Assembly: GCA_963731045.1 (NCBI GenBank) | Contig: CAVSVC010000052.1 | Coordinates: 102,947-166,946 of the forward strand | Length of the DNA stretch: 64,000 nucleotides | Direction of reading: 5' to 3' | Origin: an uncultured delta proteobacterium | Lineage (GTDB): Bacteria; Desulfobacterota; BSN033; UBA1163 | Shown here: positions 31,950 through 40,664 of the stretch, in pieces | How positions within the stretch are numbered: the stretch's first letter is position 1 | How the letters are laid out: every line of letters begins with the position of its first letter | Program-made: the position numbers and the translations under genes | The notes under the pieces: generated by a model | What the model was told of the DNA's origin: nothing | Database searches by the model: none | The model's input: the letters and a program-made list of their open reading frames with translations, nothing else

Positions 31950-33623
31950 TTAAAAGTATCCCGGGTCTGTGTATCTCCCGAATACGTCCCGCCACACATC
32001 GCAGATCTCCTGGATCGTGGCGTATTCCCGCACCGCCTGGATGAGGTACGGCATGAGGTTTTCGCCGTCCAGGGAGGCCTTCCGAACCTGATCGAGAAGT
32101 TCTCTCACCCTGGCGTTGTTTCGGCTCTCCTTGACCTCCCTGAGCCGCCGGATCTGTCTCTCTTCAATCTCGCGTTTCATCCTCCAGATCGTAATCGGGG
32201 CGTGTTCGGTTGCGTACTTGTTCACTCCGACGACGACCCTTTCTCCCGAATCGACCTGCTTCTGGTACGTGTACGCAGCCTGAGCCACTTCAGACTGCGG
32301 ATAGCCCCGCTCAATGGCCGCCACCATGCCTCCCATGCCATCGATCTTCCGGATGTATTCCCAGGCCTGCTCCTCCATCCGACAGGTCAGGGCCTCCACA
32401 AAGTAAGAACCGGCCAGCGGGTCCACCGTGTTTGTGACGCCTGTCTCCTCCGCAAGAATCTGCTGAGTCCGCAGGGCGATGGTTGCCGCTTCCTCCGTTG
32501 GAATGGCGTACGTTTCATCGAGGGAATTGGTGTGAAGGGACTGGGTTCCTCCCAGCACGGCAGCCATTGCCTCGTAAGCCGTGCGAACGACGTTGTTGAA
32601 GGGTTGCTGGGCCGTCAGGGAACACCCCGCGGTCTGGGTATGAAACCGCAGCATCCATGAACGGGGGTTCTTTGCCAGAAATCGCTCGCGCATGATCCTG
32701 GCCCAGATCCTCCGGGCGGCCCTGAACTTGGCAATCTCCTCGAAGAAATCGATGTGGGAGTCGAAGAAGAAGGAGAGCCTTGGAGCAAACTCATCCACGT
32801 TCAGGCCCCTCTCGATGACGGCCTCCACGTAGGCAATCCCGTCGGCCAGGGTGAACGCCAATTCCTGAACCGCGGTGGATCCGGCCTCCCGGATATGATA
32901 TCCGCTGATACTGATCGTATTCCAGCGGGGGACATGGCGGGTGCAGTATTCGATGGTGTCGACGATAATCCGGAGAGAGGGCTTGGGTGGGAGCATGAAG
33001 GTCTTCTGGGCAATGAATTCCTTCAGCATATCGTTCTGAATGGTTCCGCCAAGATTGCGCCGGCTGAATCCCTGCTTCTCCGCCACGACAAGATACATGG
33101 CGAGCAGGATGGCGGCCGGAGGATTGATGGTCATGGAGGTTGTGACCTGATCCAGGGGAATGCCCGCGAAGAGAATTTCCATGTCTCTGAGGGTATCGAT
33201 GGCCACTCCACATTTTCCGATCTCTCCCCTGGCCATCGGAGAATCGCTGTCGTAGCCCATGAGGGTAGGGTAGTGAAAGGCAACGGAGAGACCGGTTTCC
33301 CCGTGTTCGAGAAGATAGCGGAACCGCTTGTTCGTTTCTTCCGGTCCTGCCAACCCTGAAAACATGCGCATGGTCCAGAGCCGGCCCCGGTACATGGACG
33401 GTTGAACACCCCGGGTGAAAGGATAGACCCCCGGAAACCCGATGTCTCTGGAATAGTCGAGGTCTTTCATGTCTTCAGGGGTATAGAGACCCTTGATCTC
33501 CAGATCGGAGACGGTTGTAAAGCGGGAAAGACGTTCTGGGGTTGCCGAGAGAAATCTCGAAAGACCTTCCGTCCATTTCCGCTTCTCTTCGTCAAGCTTC
33601 TTCAGGTGGTCCTCTTTGAACAT
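31950..33623 (-). CDS. acyl-CoA mutase large subunit (methylmalonyl-CoA mutase family), copy 2; Tyr/Gln active-site pattern
   Basis: ..GYDSDSP.. keeps the Tyr, but ..[17 protein letters not shown].. has Gln where copy 1 and canonical MCM have Arg. The ATG at 33623 ([10 protein letters not shown]) is preceded by GGGGGTGG. Confidence 0.85.
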   Translation of the reverse strand: MFKEDHLKKLDEEKRKWTEGLSRFLSATPERLSRFTTVSDLEIKGLYTPEDMKDLDYSRDIGFPGVYPFTRGVQPSMYRGRLWTMRMFSGLAGPEETNKRFRYLLEHGETGLSVAFHYPTLMGYDSDSPMARGEIGKCGVAIDTLRDMEILFAGIPLDQVTTSMTINPPAAILLAMYLVVAEKQGFSRRNLGGTIQNDMLKEFIAQKTFMLPPKPSLRIIVDTIEYCTRHVPRWNTISISGYHIREAGSTAVQELAFTLADGIAYVEAVIERGLNVDEFAPRLSFFFDSHIDFFEEIAKFRAARRIWARIMRERFLAKNPRSWMLRFHTQTAGCSLTAQQPFNNVVRTAYEAMAAVLGGTQSLHTNSLDETYAIPTEEAATIALRTQQILAEETGVTNTVDPLAGSYFVEALTCRMEEQAWEYIRKIDGMGGMVAAIERGYPQSEVAQAAYTYQKQVDSGERVVVGVNKYATEHAPITIWRMKREIEERQIRRLREVKESRNNARVRELLDQVRKASLDGENLMPYLIQAVREYATIQEICDVWRDVFGRYTDPGYF

Positions 33624-33663
33624 GTGTCCACCCCCACCCATCCCTGCCTTCGGCGGACAGGGT

Positions 33664-33715
33664 AGATTTCAGATTTCAGATTTGAGATTTAAGGTTGAGA
33701 AATATCTGCAATCTG
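33664..33715. repeat. tandem-heptamer hairpin (AGATTTC/AGATTTG units with inverted partner)
   Basis: gatttcagatttcagatttgagattt ... aaatatctgcaatctg. Confidence 0.5.
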
Positions 33716-33752
33716 CCATCCGTGCCTTAGGGACGACAGGTGAGATTCGGAC

Positions 33753-35687
33753 TCAGCAGACCTCTTTGATTTGAGCGATGATCTGGTCGGTCCTGAAATG
33801 TCTCAGGCTGATCGCTCCGGAAGGACAGACGGCGTTGCAGGCTCCGCACCCCTTACACAGGGCCTCGTTGACCGCCATGATTCTGCAGTAGGGATCGATC
33901 TTCAACGCCCGGTATTCGCAGACCTGTTCGCAAAGGCCGCATCCCGCGCAGAGAAGACGATCCACGACCGCGGTGATGGGTTCGATTTTCACTCTTCCCG
34001 CGAAGAGAGGGGTTGTCGCCCTGGAGGCTGCGCCGTGGGCCTGAGCGAGGGTGTCGCTGAGATCTTTGGGCCCCTGACAGGCCCCTGCCAGAAAGATCCC
34101 TTCCGTCGCCGTATCCAGGGGACGCAGTTTCGGATGAACTTCCAGATAGAACCGATCGGGCCCTTGGGAGAGTTTGAGAAGACCCCGCAGATGATCCGCG
34201 TCCTTTCTCGGGGTGAGGCCCGTTGCGAGGACGACGAGATCGGCCTCCTCTTCGTAGGGCTCTCCCAGGAGTTCATCCTCCGCCTTGACGATCAGTCTTT
34301 CCCCTTTCCGGTAGATCTCGGAAGGGATTCCTTTTCTGTAGAAAATGCCTTTTCGTTGGACCTGATCGTAGAATTCTTCATGGCCCTTTCCAAAGGCCCG
34401 CACATCCATATAACAGACCGTTACCCGTGCGGCGGGGAACCGGTCCTTCAAGAGACCGGCCTGCTTTGCCGTATACATGCAGCAGACCCTGGAGCAGTAT
34501 TCGTTCCCCACGGTTTTATCTCTTGATCCCACACATTGAATGAACAGAATGCTTTCGGGTTCCTTTTCATTGACGAGAAGTCTGCCCCGGGTGGGCCCGT
34601 CCTCGGCAAGGAATCGTTCCAATTCAAGACCCGTGATCACGTTCCTGTAACGGTCGTATCCATACTCGGGCTTCAGCCCGGGGTCGAAGGGGTCATATCC
34701 TGTGGCAACGATGATGGCTCCCACCTCGATTCTGAGTTCGACTCCGACCTCTTCAAACCGAATCGCCCCCTCCGGACACGCCTCTCTGCATCCGGCACAT
34801 TCCCCCCTGGTGAGGAAGAGACAGTTCTCCGAGTCAATGAGATAGGCAGAAGGAACGGCCCGGGGAGACGGAAGATAGATTGCCGTCCGTTCGATCAATC
34901 CCGAATCAAATTCACTGGGGACTCTCACGGGACAGACCTCTTCACATTTCTTGCACCGATTACATTTTTCCGGGTCGACGTACCGGGGATGATGCCTCAC
35001 CCGGACATTGAAGTTTCCCACATATCCTTCCACTTCCACGACCTCCGACTGAGGAAGGAGATGAATCAGGGGGTGGTTCGACACCTCCTCCATCTTGGGA
35101 AGGAGATGGCTGGCGGTTTCCTCAAGAGTAGGAAAGGTGCGATCCATCTTCAAAAGCTGTCCGCCCAGGGTCGGGGATTTTTCCACTAAGTAAACCTCAA
35201 AACCCGCGCGGGCGATATCGAGGCTGGCCTGAATGCCTGCAAGGCCTCCGCCGATGACCAGAACGGCAGGAGTGACATTGACCTCCTTCTCCTGCAGGGG
35301 TTCGTGGCGGGAGACCTTTGCAACGGCCGCAGCGATGAGGTCCATTGCCTTGAGGGTCCCTTTTCCCTTATCTGGATGAACCCACGAACATTGTTCGCGG
35401 ATGTTGGCCATCTCGAAAAAATAAGGGTTGAGTCCGGCGGCTCGTACAGCCTTCCGGTAGGTCAGTTCATGCATCCGCGGGGAACAGGCCGCAACCACAA
35501 TCCGATCAAGACCCAGGTTCCGGATATCGTTCTTGATCAGATCCTGGCCCGGGTCGGAACACATGTACTGGTAGTCTCGAACCATGGCCACAGAGGGAAG
35601 CGTCCGGGCAAAGGCCGTTACCTGACCGATATCCACTGTTGCGGCAATGTTGACCCCGCAGTGACAAACGTAAACACCAATTTTCAT
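33753..35687 (-). CDS. heterodisulfide reductase subunit A-like flavoprotein (HdrA-like, FAD + multiple [4Fe-4S])
   Basis: N-terminal KIGVYVCHCGVNI Cys cluster, GGGLAGIQAS FAD motif, internal CNRCKKCEEVCP and C-terminal CAGCGLCEQVC..CKGCGACNAVCP ferredoxin motifs. Length is 644 aa. Confidence 0.85.
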   Translation of the reverse strand: MKIGVYVCHCGVNIAATVDIGQVTAFARTLPSVAMVRDYQYMCSDPGQDLIKNDIRNLGLDRIVVAACSPRMHELTYRKAVRAAGLNPYFFEMANIREQCSWVHPDKGKGTLKAMDLIAAAVAKVSRHEPLQEKEVNVTPAVLVIGGGLAGIQASLDIARAGFEVYLVEKSPTLGGQLLKMDRTFPTLEETASHLLPKMEEVSNHPLIHLLPQSEVVEVEGYVGNFNVRVRHHPRYVDPEKCNRCKKCEEVCPVRVPSEFDSGLIERTAIYLPSPRAVPSAYLIDSENCLFLTRGECAGCREACPEGAIRFEEVGVELRIEVGAIIVATGYDPFDPGLKPEYGYDRYRNVITGLELERFLAEDGPTRGRLLVNEKEPESILFIQCVGSRDKTVGNEYCSRVCCMYTAKQAGLLKDRFPAARVTVCYMDVRAFGKGHEEFYDQVQRKGIFYRKGIPSEIYRKGERLIVKAEDELLGEPYEEEADLVVLATGLTPRKDADHLRGLLKLSQGPDRFYLEVHPKLRPLDTATEGIFLAGACQGPKDLSDTLAQAHGAASRATTPLFAGRVKIEPITAVVDRLLCAGCGLCEQVCEYRALKIDPYCRIMAVNEALCKGCGACNAVCPSGAISLRHFRTDQIIAQIKEVC

Positions 35688-35700
35688 AACCTACCCGACT

Positions 35701-35887
35701 GGAAGACGGGAATATTGGAATATTGGAAGAATGGAATATTGGGTCAAAAAAAGAATCCAGAGAAAACAAGACGCTTTGTTCTTGTCGCTCGTTACTCCAC
35801 TATGCCCGTATTCCTTTTCTTTCTTCATTCCATCTTTCCATTTCTTCTGTATCATGGTTTTCCCATTGTTCCAGTATTCCATTCTTC
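35701..35887. repeat. octamer-repeat hairpin element (TGGAATAT-type), copy E2
   Basis: ggaagacgggaatattggaatattggaagaatggaatattgggtc ... ttccagtattccattcttccatcattcc. Confidence 0.75.
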
Positions 35888-35889
35888 CA

Positions 35890-37221
35890 TCATTCCGTTT
35901 TTCGTTTCCTTCCTCTTGCGAGCAGGGCACAGGCCTGAGAGGCTGCGCCGCTTGCCTGGGTAACCGTGTCGGGAATATCCTTGGGGCCCTGACAACACCC
36001 CGCGAGAAACACCCCCTCCACGCTGCTGAGGGTCGGATCGAGGCCGGGTGGTTCACCATAGAAGCGATCCGGCGATCTTTCCAGCCCGAGGATCTCCTTC
36101 AAGACATCCTCCTCTTTCCGGGGGGTGAGCCCCGCAGCCAGGACGACCAGGTCCGCTTCCAGTTCGAAAGGTTCGCCCAGAAGGGTGTCTTCTCCCCTGA
36201 CGATCAGTTTCCCGTTTCTCCGGTAGATCTCCGAAGGGTTGGCCCGCCGGTAAAGGACCCCTTCCTTTTGAACCCTTTCATAGAATTCCTCAAAACCCTT
36301 TCCAAAGGCCCTGACGTCCATATAAAGGACCGTGATCCGGGCGTCAGGGATTTTTTCCCTGAGAAGATGGGCCTGTTTGGCCGTAGCCATACAGCAGACC
36401 CTGGAACAGTATTCATTGCCCACGGTCTTGTCCCGTGATCCCACGCAGTGGATGAAGACAACCTCTCCGGGCTTTCTTCCCTCGATCAGGATTTCTCCTT
36501 TCGTGGGGCCCGAGGCGGAACAGAGCCTCTCGAATTCGAGGCCATGAAGAACGTTGGGATAGATCTTGTAGCCGAATTCGGGCTTGCGCCCCGGATCGAA
36601 GAGATCGAATCCCGTGGCCACGATGATGGCTCCCACGTCGATCTCGGTGATTTCTTCCCGGTCTTCGAAGAAGATCGCCCCTGCCTTGCAGGCGTCCACA
36701 CAGGTTTTCCTGCATTTGCCCCTGCTGAGCCACAGGCAGCTTCGGGGGTCAATCGCAGCTTTCAACGGCACGGCCTGGGGAAAAGGGATGTCAATGGCCC
36801 TTCGTGGGACCAGGCCCTCATTGAATTCAGAAGGAACGCCCTTCTTCAACGCACAGGCTTCCATGCAATCCCCGCAGCCCGTGCAGCGGTCCCGGAGAAC
36901 ATAGGTGGGTTTCTTTTTGACCTTGATCTGGAAGTGTCCGGCGCTTCCCCGGACCTCCGCCACTTCCGCACAGGTGTGGAGCCGGATCTTCGGATGATTG
37001 GCCGTATCGACCATTTTGGGTGTAATGATGCAGGCTGAGCAGTCGAGAGTGGGAAAGGTCTTATCCAGCTGGGCCATATGGCCGCCAATGGAAGAGCTCC
37101 TTTCGACCAGGTGGACGGTGAATCCTTTCTCCGCCATGTCGAGGGCCGCCTGCATCCCGGCGATGCCGGCGCCGATCACCAGAGCTTCGGGAATCACATG
37201 CTGCAACTGTTCGGTCTTCAT
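35890..37221 (-). CDS. HdrA-like FAD/FeS oxidoreductase, short paralog
   Basis: VIGAGIAGMQAA FAD motif, CTGCGDCMEAC ferredoxin motif, and shared ..HCVGSRDKTVGNEYCSRVCCM.. block with HdrA1. It lacks the N- and C-terminal Cys clusters of the longer paralog. Confidence 0.8.
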   Translation of the reverse strand: MKTEQLQHVIPEALVIGAGIAGMQAALDMAEKGFTVHLVERSSSIGGHMAQLDKTFPTLDCSACIITPKMVDTANHPKIRLHTCAEVAEVRGSAGHFQIKVKKKPTYVLRDRCTGCGDCMEACALKKGVPSEFNEGLVPRRAIDIPFPQAVPLKAAIDPRSCLWLSRGKCRKTCVDACKAGAIFFEDREEITEIDVGAIIVATGFDLFDPGRKPEFGYKIYPNVLHGLEFERLCSASGPTKGEILIEGRKPGEVVFIHCVGSRDKTVGNEYCSRVCCMATAKQAHLLREKIPDARITVLYMDVRAFGKGFEEFYERVQKEGVLYRRANPSEIYRRNGKLIVRGEDTLLGEPFELEADLVVLAAGLTPRKEEDVLKEILGLERSPDRFYGEPPGLDPTLSSVEGVFLAGCCQGPKDIPDTVTQASGAASQACALLARGRKRKTE

Positions 37222-37231
37222 AGCCTACTCA

Positions 37232-37409
37232 GAGTGGAAAAATGGAATATTGGAATAATGGAAAAATGGAAGAATTGGAATATTGGGTTCCCAAAAAGAA
37301 CCGGGAGAAAAGAAGTGTTCTTTTCTTTGTTACCCATCATTCCAGTATTCCACCGTTCCAATATTCCTTTTCCACATCATTCCATCATTCCATCATTCCA
37401 ATCTTCCAG
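37232..37409. repeat. octamer-repeat hairpin element (TGGAATAT-type), copy E3
   Basis: gagtggaaaaatggaatattggaataatggaaaaatggaagaattggaatattgggttccc ... cccatcattccagtattccaccgttccaatattcc...cattccatcattccatcattccaatcttccag. Confidence 0.75.
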
Positions 37410-37414
37410 TTCAT

Positions 37415-38569
37415 TTATTTTAGTTTTCCCATCAGGGCCGAGGCGATGGTGTTCTTCTGGATCTCCTTGGTTCCTTCGTAGATCTCCGTGATCTTTGCAT
37501 CGCGGTAGAACCGTTCCACTTCATATTCGGTGATATAACCGTAGCCTCCGTGAATCTGGATGGCTTCATCCGCCACCTCCACCGCCGTTTTGGCCGCGAA
37601 CATCTTTGCCATGGAGGTGAGTTTCGGATCGATCTTCTTCCGGTCGAAATTCCAGGCGGCCTTGTAGGTGAGCAATCTGGCTGTCTCGATCTTGGTCGCC
37701 ATGTCGGCGAGTTTGTGCTGGGTCGCCTGAAAGTCAATCAGGCGTTTGCCGAACTGTTTCCTCTGCAGGGCGTACTCCAGTGCCCGGTCAAAGGCCCCCT
37801 GGCTGATTCCCAGGGCCTGAGCCGCGATTTCGATCCGGCTTTCATCGAAGAACTCAATGACCTGGTAGAAACCTCTGTTCTCTTCACCGATCAGGTGGGA
37901 TGCCGGGATGGTGACGTCACTGAACGAAATCTCGGCCGTCGAGGTCATGCGGATGCCCATCTTGGGGGTGATTTCCGTCGCCTCCAAACCCTTTGTTCCC
38001 TTTTCCACCAGAAGGGTACACTGGCCGCGGTAAGGAGGATGGGCATGGGGATTCGTCTGGCAGAGGACGATAAAGAAGTCCGCAATCGATCCGTTGGTGA
38101 TAAAGGTCTTCGTTCCGTTGATCACAAAGGTATTGCCCTGTCTGGTCCCCGTCGTGGAGAGTGAGGTAATATCACTTCCATGGTCAGGTTCCGTGTAAGC
38201 ACCGGCGGAGATCGCTTCGCCTTTGGCCACGGGAATGAGAACTCTTTTCTTCTGCTCCGCCGTTCCGAAGTGGAGGATGATCTCCGAGGAGAAGTCGACG
38301 AGGCTCAGAGCGATCCCCACTCCGGAATCCTTGCGGCAGAATTCCTCCACAATCAGAATATTTTCAAAAACACCATATCCCTGGCCTCCATACTCCTCGG
38401 GGTAGTGGATACCGACAAATCCCAGTTTGCAGGCCTTCTTCCAGAGCTCTCTCGGAAAGGTATGGGCCTGTTCCCACTGAAGGATTTTCTCCTTGTCAAA
38501 TTCTCCCGCGGCAAAGCCTTTCGCTGCCTGCTGAATGTCCTTCTGCTCTTCCGTCAACTCGAAGTCCAT
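37415..38569 (-). CDS. acyl-CoA dehydrogenase
   Basis: Intact ACAD with MDFELTEEQKD N-terminus, ..EPDHGSDITS.. and ..IYEGTKEIQK.. C-terminus. GGAGAAG lies upstream of the ATG at 38569. Confidence 0.9.
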   Translation of the reverse strand: MDFELTEEQKDIQQAAKGFAAGEFDKEKILQWEQAHTFPRELWKKACKLGFVGIHYPEEYGGQGYGVFENILIVEEFCRKDSGVGIALSLVDFSSEIILHFGTAEQKKRVLIPVAKGEAISAGAYTEPDHGSDITSLSTTGTRQGNTFVINGTKTFITNGSIADFFIVLCQTNPHAHPPYRGQCTLLVEKGTKGLEATEITPKMGIRMTSTAEISFSDVTIPASHLIGEENRGFYQVIEFFDESRIEIAAQALGISQGAFDRALEYALQRKQFGKRLIDFQATQHKLADMATKIETARLLTYKAAWNFDRKKIDPKLTSMAKMFAAKTAVEVADEAIQIHGGYGYITEYEVERFYRDAKITEIYEGTKEIQKNTIASALMGKLK

Positions 38570-38600
38570 CGCTCGCTTCTCCAAGGAATAATGAAAGAAC

Positions 38601-38727
38601 ACTGGAATAGTGGAATCTGGAATATTGGAATCATGGGATCATAAGAGAGTCTTAAAACAGTTCATTGTCTTGTTCTGGATTTTCTGCTGTACCCAATATT
38701 CCAATCTTCCATTATTCCAATTTTCCT
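38601..38727. repeat. octamer-repeat hairpin element (TGGAATAT-type), copy E4
   Basis: actggaatagtggaatctggaatattggaatcatggg ... cccaatattccaatcttccattattccaatttt. Confidence 0.7.
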
Positions 38728-38733
38728 TTCCTT

Positions 38734-39714
38734 TTATTTTTGTTTCATTCCCTTGATCTTTTCTTTGAGCACGGGAATGATCTTGAACAGATCCCCTACG
38801 ATGCCGTAGTGGGCGAAGCTGAAGATCGGCGCCTTGGGATCCTTATTTACGGCGATGATCGTTCCGGCCCCTTTCATGCCTGCCATATGCTGAAAGGCGC
38901 CGCTGATTCCAAGGGCGAGATACACCTTGGGCTTCACAGTCTTTCCGGACGTTCCCACCTGACAGGCCTTCGGAAGCCACTTCTTGTCCACCACAGGTCG
39001 GGAACAGGAGAGGGTTCCCCCCACGGCGTCAGCGAGCTCTCTCACAAGGGGCAGGTTTTCGGGATCCTTGATTCCCCTTCCCACGGAGATCAGGATATCT
39101 GCCTGTGTAATGTCCACCTCGCCCGCTGCGGCCTCCACGTACTGGAGAAAGCGCTTTGGAAGAAGTTCGTCGGTCAGAGGAGAAGGCAACGGGGTGATCC
39201 GACCTTCCATGGGACCATTTTCCGAGGAAGAGAAGGCCCCCGGCCGGACTGTGGCCAGGTAGGGACCCGGTTTCCGGAAGGAGACCCTGGCGTTCATCTT
39301 CCCGGCATAAAGCTGGCGGGTCACGGAGAGGGATTCCCCCTCCACATCGACGGCGATACAGTCGGTCGCCAGGGGAATTCCCATGGACGCGGCAAGGCTT
39401 GGCGCAAGGTCCATTCCCATGCCGGTGTGCCCCATCAGCGTCAGGAAGGGTTTCTTCTCCGACAGGAGCCCGGTCAAAACTTTCTGATAGGTTTCAGAGT
39501 TGAAGACGTCGAGGCGGTCGTCTTCAATGAGAAAGACCTGGTTTGCTCGTGATTTGAGCGCCTCTGCGAAATGTCCGACCCCTTTTCCAAGGAGGGCAAC
39601 ATGAATTTCCCCTCCCACATCCCTCGCCAATTGTCTCCCTTTGGAAACCATCTCCCACGTGATGTCCCTCATCTCCCCGGTTCGATGTTCGGCGACAACG
39701 AGAATCTCCTTCAT
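38734..39714 (-). CDS. etfA: electron transfer flavoprotein alpha subunit (EtfA/FixB)
   Basis: 326-aa product with the FAD-binding C-terminal domain (..VYLALGISGAFQHMAGMKGAGTIIAVNKDP..). Confidence 0.9.
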   Translation of the reverse strand: MKEILVVAEHRTGEMRDITWEMVSKGRQLARDVGGEIHVALLGKGVGHFAEALKSRANQVFLIEDDRLDVFNSETYQKVLTGLLSEKKPFLTLMGHTGMGMDLAPSLAASMGIPLATDCIAVDVEGESLSVTRQLYAGKMNARVSFRKPGPYLATVRPGAFSSSENGPMEGRITPLPSPLTDELLPKRFLQYVEAAAGEVDITQADILISVGRGIKDPENLPLVRELADAVGGTLSCSRPVVDKKWLPKACQVGTSGKTVKPKVYLALGISGAFQHMAGMKGAGTIIAVNKDPKAPIFSFAHYGIVGDLFKIIPVLKEKIKGMKQK

Positions 39715-40506
39715 CTATGCCAGACCTCCTTTTTCTTTCAGGATCTCCAGAATCTTCAGCGAGACCTCTTCCGGATTTCCATCGAGAAGAGCGGCCCCCT
39801 GTCCGACAGAAGGAAGAAAGAGGTTCTCCACCCGAATGGAGGACCCGGAAAGGCCCGCTTCCTCCGGTTTTATGTTGAGGTCTGCTGCTCCGAGCGTTTT
39901 GATCTCTTTCTTGGCCACCTTTCGGATCCCCATGATGGAAACATAACGGGGCTCGTTGATTCCGGTTTGGAGGGTGAGAACGGCGGGGAGGTCGATTTCC
40001 ACCACTTCCTCCAATCCTCCTTCAAGCTCCCGGTGAACGGTTGCTTTGTTCTCTTGAACGTCAAGCTGATTGACCAGGGATGCATGGGGAACGCCAAGGA
40101 GTTCCGCGAGGGTGACACCGACCTGCCCGTACCCGTCATCCTCCGCCTGGGTTCCTGTAAGAATGAGATCGTAAGGCATCTTCCGGATGGCCTCAGACAG
40201 GACCTTCGCCGTGGCAAAACCATCCGATTCCTCGAAGGTGGGATCGGTCAGCCGGACGGCATCTTCCGCACCCATGGCGAGGCATTTCCGGAGGGTTTCA
40301 TTCGATGTCTCTCCCCCCATGGAGACAACCGTTACGGTTCCCCCATGCTTTTCTTTCAATCGAATCGCCTCTTCAATGGCATAGGTGTCCCATTCGTTGA
40401 GATCGAAGGCCAGTCCGCTCTGGTCGATTCCTCTTCCCGATTTGTCGATGGAAATCTCTGCATCGGCCGTCTCAGGAACCCGCTTCACGCAGACGATGAT
40501 GTTCAT
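39715..40506 (-). CDS. etfB: electron transfer flavoprotein beta subunit (EtfB/FixA)
   Basis: 263-aa product with MNIIVCVKRVPE.. N-terminus; its stop abuts the etfA start. Confidence 0.9.
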   Translation of the reverse strand: MNIIVCVKRVPETADAEISIDKSGRGIDQSGLAFDLNEWDTYAIEEAIRLKEKHGGTVTVVSMGGETSNETLRKCLAMGAEDAVRLTDPTFEESDGFATAKVLSEAIRKMPYDLILTGTQAEDDGYGQVGVTLAELLGVPHASLVNQLDVQENKATVHRELEGGLEEVVEIDLPAVLTLQTGINEPRYVSIMGIRKVAKKEIKTLGAADLNIKPEEAGLSGSSIRVENLFLPSVGQGAALLDGNPEEVSLKILEILKEKGGLA

Positions 40507-40526
40507 TCACATCCCCCCTTCGTTAA

Positions 40527-40650
40527 ATTGGAAATCCGAATATCGAATATCGAAGTCCGAAACAAATCCCAAATTCAAATTTTAAAAACTCTTGTCCGAT
40601 CTTTGGTTCATTCGAATTTTTGTCTTTCGAGCTTGTTTCGAGCTTCGAAT
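40527..40650. repeat. hairpin with CGAATAT tandem units and near-perfect 20-nt inverted arms
   Basis: cgaatatcgaatatcgaagtccgaaac ... gtttcgagcttcgaatttcg. The arms differ by 2-3 nt and are separated by a loop of about 60 nt. Confidence 0.55.
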
Positions 40651-40664
40651 TTCGTGCTTAGAAT

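Noticed and set aside
35691-36059. 122-aa minus-strand ORF and overlapping small ORFs (35723-35938, 37078-37491, 37242-37481) across the repeat elements
   Set aside because: Their reading frames are created by the octamer repeats (poly FHHS/IPF peptides) and overlap HdrA2 on the opposite strand. They are artefacts of repetitive sequence.
35701-37409. Tandem octamer repeats as a CRISPR array
   Set aside because: Units are only 8 nt, directly abutting with no unique spacers, and arranged as inverted arms. No cas genes nearby. Not CRISPR.
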